From contig CM060732.1 of the NCBI GenBank assembly GCA_030704615.1, positions 59,954,001 to 60,018,000 on the forward strand: a DNA stretch of 64,000 nt. Reading direction: 5' to 3'. Within the stretch, counting starts at the first letter, position 1. Each line of letters begins with the position of its first letter. Positions 1 to 12,602 of the stretch are shown here, in pieces. The notes under the pieces were generated by a model. The model worked only from the letters and a program-made list of their open reading frames with translations, searched no databases and was not told where the DNA came from. A program made the position numbers and the translations under genes. The stretch comes from Takakia lepidozioides (Eukaryota; Plantae; Bryophyta).

Positions 1-258
1 ACACGCTGCACAGTACCTGGCCAAACATGATTCATTACATTATGGTCCACCAGAAGATTTTGCACTGCTGGTTCAATAAATTTGCATCCTTATGTGTACT
101 GCAATGGTCAGAAAGGAGAAGACAAGCTGGCATGCCCACATATTTCCGGCGCGTGCTTACTAGGTCTTCTAGTCGTAACAAAGGTGACTCTGTTTGATTT
201 AAGTTGAGAGAATTCATAATCAAATCATGTAGTGTGTTTTAGTGAAACCTAGCCAAAC

Positions 259-890
259 ATGTTTCTACATAACACTTTTGTCAACATGTATGTGAAGTGT
301 AGGAGTATCGTGGATGCACAACGCGTGTTTGATAAAATGCCTAAACGGAATATGTTTTCGTGGACTATAATGATGTTAGGCTATACCAAGCATGGTTGTG
401 GTAGAAAGACCTTTGAGATGTATGGGCAAATGATACAGGAAGGGATGAAGCCCGACCAGGTCACATTCATTGGTGTTCTCAAGGCGTGTGCTAGCCTGGT
501 AGCCTTGGAACAGGGCAAAGAGGTCCATGCTGACATCATGAAAGCTCAGATTGCACAAACTACCATTCTTGACAATACCCTTGTGGGCATGTATGCCAAA
601 TCCGGGAGCATTAAGGATGCAAAGGTAGTGTTTGAGAAGATGGCTAAACAAGATGTGGTATCATAATGATTGTAGGATATGCCGCCGCATGGTTGTGGGA
701 TGAAATCTTTGGAGACCTATGAGCAAATGATGCTGAAAGAGGTACAGCCCAACCAGGATATTTGTTTGCCTAAATGCAATGCGTATGCAAGCCTAGCAGC
801 CCTGGGAAAGGGCAAAGAGGTCCATGTGTTGACATCAGGAAAGCTGGGATTGTACCAAATATCATTCTGGAAAATGCATGATATGTACTC
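259..890 (+). pseudogene. PLS-class PPR gene fragment (RNA-editing-factor type), degenerate
   Basis: ORF 259-666 reads S-P-L-S motifs (NTFVNMYVKCRSIVDAQRVFDKMPKRNMFSW...KPDQVTFIGVLKACASLVALEQGKEVH...). It stops at VVS* where W is expected, and frameshifted PPR residues continue to ~890. Confidence 0.85.
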
Positions 891-1080
891 GAAGACCAAA
901 CATAACCAATTTGTCATAAGCTGCATCACGAATTGCATATATGTTTTAGTTTGCCTACAATTTTGTGCGATATGTAATGTAAGCAAACGTCTTGCATGTG
1001 CATCTACAAAGAATATTAAGATGCATGAGACAAAATACTTATAATCGATGTGCCATAGAGCCATAGGCATTGTCACATTA

Positions 1081-1630
1081 TAAGAAAGATGAACCTTAAA
1101 TGGACAGTTTATCTAGTGCTCATGATTAGAATGAGTGGAGGAAAATGGACATAATTTTCATGGATTAGCAAATGAAAAAGAAACAAGATGTAAGTGGTTT
1201 CATGAATTATATTTGAAACTTGAAATTGATATGTTTTTCCAAACTTTGGACTCATAGACACCTAATTTTGACACATAGGCCCCCTCAAAAGTGAACAACG
1301 TTCATCCTATTATGGTTACTATGCCATCCAATTATAATTGTATGTTGTCTTGAAATAGACATAAAGATAGGCTAATTATGAAAATAACATTAACCTTAAA
1401 TGGACATCGACTAACCGACAGTTTCTTGTATGCGGCCTTGCCGGCCTGCTGTCCCATAAATGCAAAATATCTACCTTCTTGCAAGTTTGTTTGAACCTAA
1501 AATGGTCATAGTGTCGAGTTAGTGTGGGCCCCATTTGCTTGTTATCATCTCAAGGTCAAGGAGCCACTTTTCAGATACAAATGTAGGTGTCCATTTAAGG
1601 GAAGTGTCCATTTAAGGTTCATCTCCCTTA
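1081..1630. mobile_element. MITE-like non-autonomous DNA transposon (~550 bp)
   Basis: 26-bp inverted termini TAAGAAAGATGAACCTTAAATGGACA / TGTCCATTTAAGGTTCATCTCCCTTA (2 mismatches). Internal copies of CCTTAAATGGACA at ~1394 and inverted at ~1588. No clean TSD seen. Confidence 0.65.
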
Positions 1631-2949
1631 CTGAGTCCTCCAAATTATCTGTGCCCTTCTCTTACGCTCGTAATGGTAGGGTGAGATGATTTTCAAAGCT
1701 TCCCCCACCTTCCTTCGATGAATCCGCAAATTTGACCCCCTTAAGGCAGATTGCATTGTTCTCATTCCCCAATTTGTCCCATTCTCTTCAATAGGAAGTA
1801 ATTCTTAAATCTTTTCACTGGACACTCAATTGATGACCTTGGACTTCTGATAGCAATCTTTTCAACGGTCGTACATCATCAAGAAAGGGTAATGGCGATT
1901 GATTTCATTGTAGCACCCTCATTCAACATTGCTTTCACATAAAGTACTAAATCATCCACTACTTTGTCACCGTCAAAATGGTTGTTTTCGGCCATGCTCA
2001 CATGATCTGTCTTATCTGTGCTTATTACCCCCAGTGCCAATGTCTTCCTTGCCCTTGTTGTAACTGTTTGTTGTTAATTTTGTAGTCACTGCATCCACTC
2101 ACACACTCCTTATAGGACTTACGTCACTGAAGTTCACATAGGCTATCAAGTAGATGAACCAAAGGTACTTTGAAACCAACAATTACTCTCTAGCAAAATG
2201 TGTTAGTAAACCACAGTACACAATGTAGGCGGGTTGAAGACAAACCATGTGATCAAGCTCTTTCTTTCAGCGTGTGTGTTGAGGGGCGTTTGGTATCCCA
2301 CTCTACTCCCCCTAAAGTTCTCTCCAACCAAGCTCATGAGTCATCTACACGTACACACGAAGTACAATTTTAGCTAAAATGATATCTTTCTCAATAATTG
2401 GGGGAACTCATGCCAATATGGGAATGTGCTTACTCATGGACAGATCTGTCATTTGGTGATCCAAGAAGGATGCCATAGTTCATAGCGCCACCACTGCTCC
2501 ACAGTTCTCCTGCTGTTGTATTCTTCTCTTGCTACTTCTCGTCCTCCAACTGATTTAATTCTTCGACTTTTAGGGCACCTCTGCCCTAAAAGCGCTTCGT
2601 CATTTTGTCTCCCTCTCCCTCTCTCTCCTTCTCTAGCTCTCCCTCTCACCCCCTTAGGCCTCCCTCTCTCTCCTTTAGGCTACACAACTCCTCTCCTAAC
2701 TCGGGCCTTACCACGGGCAAAGGATGGACGGGCAGCAGGAATAGGTGGGCAACATGTATTATCAGCTTATACTCTCGTATGTATATGTGTATAAGATGAA
2801 TAATTATATATAAATATATATGTAAGAATTTATAGATTACAATTCAATTGAATTGTGTGCCGACAATTCAATTGATGTTTTTTCTTTTTTTTTAAAGGAA
2901 AAGGGACGGAGCCCTTTCAGTCACCTGCAATTGGTGCAGAATTTTCTTC

Positions 2950-3180
2950 AGTGGGAGGAGTGGGAGGATGTTTTGGATGTAAATCCCATAAATAGTGTGA
3001 AAAAGCAAACACCATTAGAGTACGCTGCTCAATACGGAAGCATAGATGTCTCAAGATTTCTTCTAACACAGCCTAGTCTGGATGTGAACGCCAAGAACTA
3101 CAATGGTGAAACATCGCTGCATCTGGCTGCAAAGAAAGGCTACACATCAGTAGTAAAGGAGCTTTGTTTGGACAAAAGTG
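2950..3180 (+). pseudogene. Ankyrin-repeat fragment (about two repeats)
   Basis: TPLEYAAQYGSIDVSRFLL...DVNAKNYNGETSLHLAAKKGYTSVVKEL matches the ankyrin consensus. No complete gene model found. Confidence 0.75.
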
Positions 3181-5082
3181 GGCAGTTTAATCAAGTTGTT
3201 TTCAAACTAGTTTTTGCAGTTCAATTGAATTGCGCACTTTTAGGGGGGTGATGAAGTGAATTGCAATGCATTTCACATCATGGAATTCCCTACTTGGGGT
3301 ACTCAACCCTTCTGGCACTAGCTCTCTACATGATAATAACAATGATAGAAATCCCCGTACAGAACACCAATCATCTACAGGCTCAAGCTTTGTAGACGAA
3401 TATACCTTTCAGGAATTCCTGGGCGTCACTCAGGTTTGCATCCTTAATTGTTGTTCTACTTCGTGGAAGCTTCAAGTCAGCAATCACAGCTGACATGCAG
3501 TAAGTTCGCATGAGCAAGCGCAGTGTGTGTCAGCTCCGTCCCAACCTAATGAAATATTCCAACTCAGATGTTGTATCAGGAAACAATAGAACTGTGAAGA
3601 TGTTGATAAATTTGGTCCCTGTTTTCAGTTTTCAGATCTGTTTCTCCAAACCCAGTTTCAGTGAGATCATTCACTGGAAGCGAATTGGAACCGTTTTCGT
3701 CCGGAGAATCCTACGAGCACTGGGGACCCTCTGACAGAAATAGCAGCAAATTGTGCCTTCTAAAAACACCTGGGTATTAGTCTACTTTAGACTTCTCTGT
3801 TGTTGGACAAGTGCTGCAGCTGATATAACCCTGCGGCAGTGTCGTTCTTTGGTGGGAAGAAAATTTGTGTTCAGCGAGAGTGTCAAGTGTCGACCACTGT
3901 TGGTTTCCAGGGTATAATATGTTTTTGTTGTTGGGTTATGGGCAATGAGAGATGTCCAACAAAACCCATTAACTGAGGATGCCATTGATAAATACAAGAG
4001 CTCAAAAGAGACATGGTGAAGGTTACAGTCATCTCCTTTACATCATATGCACATAAGTAAGAGTCGTATGGGCACTGAGCAGAGAATGAGGCTCCGACTC
4101 CCAACTTGCAGCAACGTGGAGTATAGGTGAGAAATTAGAGCGTTGGGGCCCACTGGAGCGCAAGAAATACTACGAGTCCTAGACAACCTATAGCAACCCG
4201 GCGTCAGTTAATGACTGCAGCTCGTCTCCCACGAACCGCGCTGCTGTCGCCAACCTTTCTACAGTGGTGTTCCGAGTAAGGTGGGTACTTGTTGCCAGCT
4301 GCTTCACTCTCTCGTCTGGGCCAGCTACATAGGTTATTAGCTCGTTAGCTCTCCTGTCTCTCCCAGGCATCACTGGATGCTTTGGATTACTGAAACCCAC
4401 TAGAGAGGTACATCTATGGTATTTCGGGCTGTTTATGACAAGGGCAGACCACCATTACTCTCCTTGTCTATCATTACTTAAGGCAGATTCCTATCTTGTA
4501 TGTAGAGTTCTCCGTTGTATCTCTCTGAAACTCTCTACTGGGCAGCTGCATTGGGGAGGTTTTCTTTTTATTGCCTGTGCACTGGGAAGGTTGGTGGTAT
4601 TCTCTCACATCTTCTGCGAATCTGGTCCACCCTGTAGGTGTCCTTATTTCTTGTATCGGCGGATGCAACTGATTAAGTAGTCTGGGTTGCTATTTTCTCC
4701 TTTCTGATCAACTCCGTCTTCCTCCGCCCTGTTCCGGAGTTCCATTCTACCCCCGCCTTATTAGTAATAACATCCTCTTGCAGGCTTCATCTATATAGAT
4801 CTCTCCCACATCCCGACTGATACGCACTCTTGCCCGCTGAGCTTGATTGCCAACTCCATCCTCAGCTCACCGTTAAATAGTTATTTGAAAACAAGTTAAA
4901 CCTCCCTCCGGTCCACCTTGCACGGCTTTCAAGAGATCGAAGGAAGAGGGACAAGACGCAGTCAAGAGATCATACAAGGCGGCACACTGGTATAGTGCGT
5001 CGTAGCAGGTGGACAGGACGGGAAGCAGACATCTACCGAAGTAGAGCTGAACAAAGCATTTAGGGCAAAAGGAAAGATTGAG

Positions 5083-7396
5083 ATGGTTGGAATGACATGG
5101 ACTAGAGTCTGGGTACTTGTAGTGCTACTCTCAGCATGGCGTGCCGACGTGCAGGCACAATTTTTTGATGGCTTCTACAACGATAAATGCCCAAATGCGG
5201 AAGCCATTGTCACTCAAGCAGTTACGAATGCTTTCGTGAATGATCCCACCGTGCCTGCAGGTCTATTGAGGCTGTTGTTTCACGACTGTTTCGTCGAGGT
5301 ATTGTCATACTTTACACTTTCCAACTGCCTTTTTTTTTCTGTCTCCCCGTCTTCACCCTTTTTTCTCGTCCAACACTCTCCTCTCTCGAAAAGAGGACTG
5401 TCATACATTCACGATCCGTGCCAGCATTCTCACTTGAAAAACCGTGTATGCTACAAGACCCACCGTGTGATTTTTGGCAGACCCTCCAGCAGTGTTCCCA
5501 ACCTCAACTTTAGCAGGCTTTCGTACAATGTACAAGACAATTGAGGACCTTCGAGACTATCCTAGCGCTTGTCGTGGCCCCTTTTACTGTCTTGGGTAGT
5601 ACGAACAAGCCTTTCATATGGGAATTAGCTCTCCCAGCATACTTTGTGTATGTCTTCGTGTTCCGCGGACAATACGCGATCGCTAAGATCTCCAGATGTC
5701 TGTGAGTCCAGTTTCCTTCTGTGAGAGTAAAACCAGGAATGTCCGAAAGCCAAAAGAATCGGGATTCCTGTCAATGACAGTTCCCAACCCCTGGCCCAGA
5801 GTATCTGTAAGTGTACCAGCTGCGAAATTCTGAAGGACTGGCATCACATCTAGACCAAAAATGATGCATGTCTGATTATCGAGGGTGATTTACTGTTGCT
5901 TACAATCACTGGAATGGATCTAGTTGTCGAAAGTTCTCGTTGCTTCGGTGGCCGAAGAGCTTAGTACGCCGCCTTGGGGTTCTACCAACCGTTTGTTCCG
6001 TCATGTAGCTGTTTCAATTGTACCCATAATTTCAAGGCGTGTCAAGTGGAGAGAATTGTTTTCAGTGCTCTGAAAGATGGGTACTAAAACAAATAGCAAA
6101 ATACACTGTCAGACATGCGTTTACGGCAAGCAGAGTAACTTCTAACACTTGTGCACGCTAGTAGGCGGTAGTGAAGTAGGCCGGTTTTGTAGTTGAAATT
6201 CAACTCGTCTTTAATGAATGTGACTGCAGGGTTGCGATGGCTCTGTACTTATTGACCCCTCTCCAAGCAATCCAACGCCAGAAAAAACTGCAGTACCAAA
6301 TCAGACTCTAAGAGGTTTCGAGGTGATTGATGCTGCGAAGTCAGAACTTGAAAGAATATGCCCACAGACAGTCTCCTGTGCGGACATCATCGCGCTTGCT
6401 GCACGTGATGGCGTTGTTCTGGTAAGCCAACTTCTGTCATTTCATGGTGTTCTTCTGGTTGGACTTGTATATTTCTCTACAGTGAACGAGTGTCACCTCC
6501 TAGAGGACCTTTTCTGTGCTTTGCAAGGTCGGATGCCCAAGATGCTTGATTGTCAGAGTTGTCATGTCAAGGTAGAAGGGAAAGAAGAATTGGGAGGAAG
6601 TGGTCGGAGATTGATGCTGACATAGTATCAACTGACTTTTTTGTACTGCAGACATCCCAAGGGAAGATTAATTCCTTTCCGATGCCAACGGGCCGCCTGG
6701 ATGGGTTAACTTCAGATGCCACAGTTGCCGCCAACAACTTGGTGTCCACAAGGTCAACCGCTCAAGAGTTAACTCAAATATTCCTGAACAAAGGTCTTGG
6801 TCAAGATGAGATGATCACTCTCTCAGGTGTGGTGTCTCTCTTGCAGCCTTCCTTTTCTGTGTTTTGGCATAGCGTTCAAATGGGTCTGAACATGATAAGG
6901 TTTTAGTATTGGCTCTTTACAATTCGACTTTTGGGGGAAGAAAATAGCTGACAGTCGTGACATATCTCTGGGTCCCCTTTGTGCAGGTGCACATACCATA
7001 GGCCGATCCCACTGTTCAGAAATTTCAGAGCGACTCTACGGCTTTCCATCGGCAACTGGGCTTGATCCCTCCTTAGACCCTGCATATGGAGCTCAGTTGA
7101 GAGCCCAATGCCCTCAAAACGCCGGACCCAATGCGGTGGTATCTTTGGACCCCACCTCTCCCAACTTGTTTGACAACATGTACTACACGAATGGGGTGAC
7201 AGGAAAAGTTCTGTTTCCATCTGACGTTACATTATTCGCTGATCAAGAAACTCAGTTTACTTCTAACCTTAACTCACAGAATGGAGACTTCTGGGCTCAA
7301 GTTAAATTTACCAATGCCCTCGTGCATATGGCTTCGCTGGAGATCAAGGAGGGTGACATGGGCCAGGTTCGGACCAATTGTCGGGCTGTAAATTAG
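5083..7396 (+). CDS. Class III secretory peroxidase, 4 exons (5083-5298, 6230-6421, 6652-6826, 6987-7396)
   Basis: Signal peptide; RLLFHDCFV distal-His motif; GCDGS; [13 protein letters not shown]; LSGAHTIG proximal His; FDNMYY; C-terminal [13 protein letters not shown] introns at the three canonical positions, exon 2 = 192 nt. Confidence 0.95.
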
Positions 7397-10080
7397 CCTG
7401 TTTGGACTGGTTTCTCTGTCTGTTTTGCCCCTCTAGCTGGAAGACCTTTGGTGATGAGACCTGCAGCTGAGAGGGATCAAAAGGCTTAAACTGAGACAGT
7501 CCAATCTCATCCACCAAGGCGAAATGTGAAGCACATCGGGTGGTTGGGTGCAAGGTAGCTCGGGTGCAAGGTAGCTCGTCTTAGCACCTGAAGTGCTTAT
7601 CGAACTGTTAGTGAGCCCACTAAAAAACTTTGGTGCTGGTACCCTGGAGTTGTATTTCTCGAAAAATGAGAAACCATGGCCGGTAGTTGTGGTCGTACTG
7701 GAAAGGGGAGTTTTTTTACACCCGTGGTCTCGCTAGGAAACCCATAGCTTCCACTTGTAGATTGTATAGAAGGGGATGTAACCATCTGCATCTAAACTCT
7801 AGAAAGTTTCGTTGATTTAATGGGCACCGGATTTTGAAGCAGTGAAACTGTGGAGAAAGATTAGGATTTGTTAGAATCTAATGTAACGCCATTGAAAACA
7901 CTCGTCCAATTTGAATCATTATTTTTGCCCCTGCTTTGGAGGGGAGTTCGAAGTATTGATTGCTCCTTTTGCGAGATGGAAAACTCAACTTCTACCGATG
8001 ATCTTATGATGCAATTGCATTAGAGACAAAAAACGTACAAGTTCCATCTTTCGAGCATGCCCCACTCCTGGAACTTCAAAGGTTGATAACTCTTACAAAC
8101 TATCGCTGGCAAGTTGTTGTCTCCAATGTTGGTCACATTTTCACTGTACTGAGCGTTATTCAAGTGCAGATCGATCTCCTCCGTCACGAAGCATCTAGGG
8201 GAAATTAAAGATTACGAACGATGAAAAAGTTATCAAAGTTCTTGGAAGGGGTTGTGCCAGCGCATCTGGTAGGTTGGTGCTTGGAAGGGTCCACAATCCA
8301 CACGGTTCATACGTTCATACGTCGGACAGGTTGGCAAATGTACGCGCAATTGCAGGAGGAATTCAAATCACTTCAAGTGGAACAGCTGCCATCATCTTGC
8401 GTCAATGTCCTCTTAATGAGCTTACACCTTTTCAGTTTGTAGTTGAGTGACACCCTCTCTGCATTAACGACAAGTTCATAACTACACCTGCCCTTACAGT
8501 TAAGGTTGGTGTATGCGGTGTACGCGGTGGAATGTAATTAAGTTATAAGCCTGAATATCTGTTTTCAGAGCTGCTTTTGATCGTGGTCCAAGCAACATCT
8601 ACGGATCTCTTCACAACAGATTTTTTCACTAAACTCGTTTGCTCAAAAGCTTTGATAAGCCCATACAGTGCACCTCTTGTCCTCTCCCCATTAACTAGGT
8701 TGACTTATTCAATCGCTAAGTTAATCGCAGAGAAAGTAGTGCTATGCATTAATGGAATGGGATTCCCTCTACCTTAGATTCAGACCCCCATGACTTGCAA
8801 CTTTTAAGATACTAACTGCGATTTCGGCCACATTAAGTGGGCTCTAATTATATGATTGTCAGCAGTCTTGCAGACCTGCCTTTTCAAATCGAAGAAATGT
8901 TGTTTGCAAGCAGCTTATGATCTTGCTGTGGATAAAAAGTCCCAGGATGTTTTCTGCAGCTCTCTGTGTTGGTGCCTTTTGCTCCTCAGACTTGCAAAGT
9001 CTCTTTACATGTGCCCAGTAACTTAGTAGCCTACAGTGTGTCACGTACATGTGCTATGCCCGACTTATATGTGTGGATGAGGAAGTGATTGGTGGTACGG
9101 TTGAGTTTCGTGGTTGAGAATCAATCTGGTGCATTCAAATGATGAATACAAACGGACCAACTTTCCGTGCGTGACGGCCTTGTTTCTCTTAGACCAGTCA
9201 CCACATTTGTGATAAGGGATTTGCTTTGAATACAGACGTAAGGCCCGTAGGCCGAGCGTCAGTGTACTTGGCATATCAAACTCTTGTTAAAGGCATTGAA
9301 AAGCCCAACTGTGCACTTGCTTTAAAAACTCCAGCTGACAAATGAGCGGTTAAAAGAGGAAATCAAAATGCAGTTGGGTATACCTTCATTATACCTTAAA
9401 CCCTACGACAAATATTCCCGGATGGATTAAGATAAGCCTCGCCGTGGAGACAGGCGGTGGAATCTTGATGTATATGGAGAGAAAAGATGACCAGGGTAGG
9501 AGTGTGCAGTGTCGGACGAAAAGAGGGGCTCTGCAAGAGACCTGAGGCGTAAGAGGAGGCATCAAGAGTGTCGTATGTGGGTGCGAAACAGGCTCTACTT
9601 TCCCCCCAAAGCCAAGTTGAGTAAAGGAGAATCCTAGTTACCCTAATACAATTTTGAGCAGCCACTGTACCTCTACCATTACACTCCAGGTGAACTCCTC
9701 CGAAGAGCCAGAGGCTGTCAAATGAATGGCAAAGCCGAGTTCCTCCAACTGAAGGAACAAATTTACAACTTCGTGATGAAGATCTAAGATGATTTTTCTG
9801 GTGGTTCCACGAGCATCCAAGGGTTCCATGAGCATCTTTACGCTGCTACTAGAGAAAGAATGACTCAGTGAGACAGTCTCACCTTCCTGAAAACTCTTGG
9901 GTCTCTCGCAATTTCCTCAAGCCTAATTTAGCTGTATTCTATCTACTTAAGAATTATCTCCAAGGGGTACACAATTGAACATGGACTTCTGTGCCCTTGA
10001 TTTATGTTACAGACAAGAACAAGAATGAATGCAAAAAAAATGGCAGGTGCCATCCTCCTGTTGCCAATTAAGAAACTAAA

Positions 10081-12602
10081 TCATGAATTGATGACCCTGC
10101 AACTACTCCGGATTTCTCCATCAAACCCTGTCTTAACATCAACCTGGGTGAGTTTGAGAAAAGACTGCTCCCAGTTCTGAAAGAATGTAGCCTGGTTGAC
10201 GGCAAAACTTTGGACTAGATTTTTGCTTCTGGGATCGGAGAACAGAGTTTCATCTGCAGTCATTAGTCCTTTACCAGTCTGCAGAGAGACACACACGACT
10301 TAGTCAGAAGCACGCCAGGAGATGGGTTGCACTGTGTTCACATAAGCTATGCACCTATTTCTATAGTGCTGTGTGCTGTCGGTTGGTATTATCCTACATA
10401 AACTATTGACATCCACCCAGTAGCAACACATGTCAAGAGAGGACAACAGTACTAGAAGACTGCTCTTATGCCAGATTATGGACAAGGAGGAACAGAGGTA
10501 AGGAAAACCATTTGGAAGTACATAACAAAATCATGCAAGAGAAGAGGAAATTCTGCCAAAACGATGTGAAGATCAAGCACGTATGCAATTTAACAAACAG
10601 CCATCAGTTCTATGAAACACCGCACTGACCTCGAGATCGAAGTAGTAGGCATTATCGAAAACGTTTGGGGTTGTCGTGTCAAGCGGGACTGTGGTGCTTG
10701 GATCCGGAGTCTGTGGGCATGTTTGAAGGAGAGACTCACTAAACGACGGATTCATGGTGGGGTCAACTTGGGGAGTGCCGTTATTAAATTGGAAGCGATC
10801 ATTGAAGGCATTGCAATGAGCAACACCAATCGTGTGGGCACCTGGGCAAAAGGAAAAGTACACAGGTCAGTACAAAGCACAAGTTCAATTAGAAACAAAC
10901 CACAGATCTAATCCTGCTGCCTCCACATCTCCCACTGTCTGCCATGGTCCGTAATTGGGTCAGAACATTTTCCAAGAAATGATACTTTTCTGATCAGATC
11001 CACCTTTGAGAATCAGGCTTTGACACCAATTGAACAATTAGATACTCACACATCTCTCAGATTTCCTTCAGATAGAAGAAGTCACCACGTGTGGCCAAGC
11101 TTCTAGATAATATGCCTACATGGTCCAGAACTCAACCGTGTCTGCGCAAATATTTCTCCTGAACCTATTACATATCATCCTAGATACTAAAAATCTTCTA
11201 AATGTGAGGTGACGAAGCTGTGTCGACTGTGAAACTGGAAATTAGTCTATGATGAGAAAATTATCTAGTCATGGGAGTTGGAAGAACTTTCCTACCTGCT
11301 AGAGTGACGATGTCATTCATGTTTAGTCCCTTCGCCGTGAAGAACTTCAGCAGCTGATCCAAGTTGAACGTAGTATCCGGAAGGTTAAACCTGACTATAG
11401 AGGCATCCGACAGGCGGCCGTCCTTTCTTCCAGTGAGTATTGGCACGACTGGGCCTCCCACCTAATTTGACATCCAGACCAAAAGAATCTCTCTTAATTG
11501 TGGTTGGCATACCAGAGTAGAATTTGATGGTCCTAGAGACTTTAGTGAGCAAGTATAGTCTAAACATTCGAAGGAAAACTAGTGCTATCAACCGTACCCT
11601 AATATCCCTTCTGTCATAATACTACGGAAGTATATACACGGCTCCACTCATATACCAAATGTACACAGAGTATTGGTGGGCGCACGATAGGAGCACTGTG
11701 GCTCATGGAATGAAGTCCTGTGGAAGAGAAGTTCCAAACACTGTTCTCTCGCTTATGAGCTACAACAAAATGTAGTCTCTTAAGTTGTCCATCTAGACTA
11801 ACACTACAAACTTGAAATTGAACTCCTTGGAAGCTGCCCACCTGGCCTGCTTGCATGGGTTCTGTCTATAACAATTTGGAGATGGATACCTGGGCAACCG
11901 CATCCCGAGCAGCGAGCGCTACAATGTCAGCGCAAGAGACTACGCCTGGGCACACCAGCTCCAGAGTAGTTTTTATATTGTCAACAACAGTGTATCCTTC
12001 CACTGTGAGGTTAGCTGGATCGTCTTTCTCAGCGGTGTTGTTTCCGGTGGAATCCAAGAGAATTGATCCATCGCAGCCCTGCATCATAATTACCGACTTA
12101 GTGCAAAGTACTGCCGCAGCTGCGTGAAATGCATATTTACAAGAAGAGACTCGTGGAAGCTCAAGAGAACCGATGGGTGACTGCATTGGAGCCAAATGAT
12201 GATGACAAGACCAGCAACATCACATTGTCAGATTCAGACTTCCAGCTACTTAGCAAGCGCTTGCTAAAGGGAGAAGAGACTGTAGCCACATGAGTAACAC
12301 AAAACATCAGTAAATGAGGAACGAGATTTGACATTGACAACGTGGAAATCGCGAGAGGATACCTGAACAAAGCAATCATGAAAGACGAGTCGAAGCATCT
12401 TGGCTGGTATAACAGGGTCAACAAAAGAAGCTGTCTGCACAGCTGTTGTTACGATCTGCTCCGTTTGTGAACAAGTTTGTGCGTAAAAGTCTAGTGCCAG
12501 CTGCCCCGCCGTATAGTCGGCCAATGCCAGCATGAGCACAGCAGCGATGAGGAAGCAGACAGAAACGCGCGTCGTCGAATCCCCATCCCACTTCTTTGAC
12601 AT
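10081..12602 (-). CDS. Class III secretory peroxidase, 5 exons (12602-12363, 12078-11890, 11461-11296, 10841-10630, 10278-10081)
   Basis: [63 protein letters not shown] junctions, exon 3 = 166 nt, one extra intron splitting the last canonical exon. Confidence 0.95.

Noticed and set aside
1631-2800. LTR-retrotransposon remnant
   Set aside because: Only a weak gag-like hint on the minus strand; no PBS, paired LTR or TSD could be confirmed.
7950-9850. Gene between the peroxidases
   Set aside because: Short ORFs with no recognisable motifs or consistent splice model.
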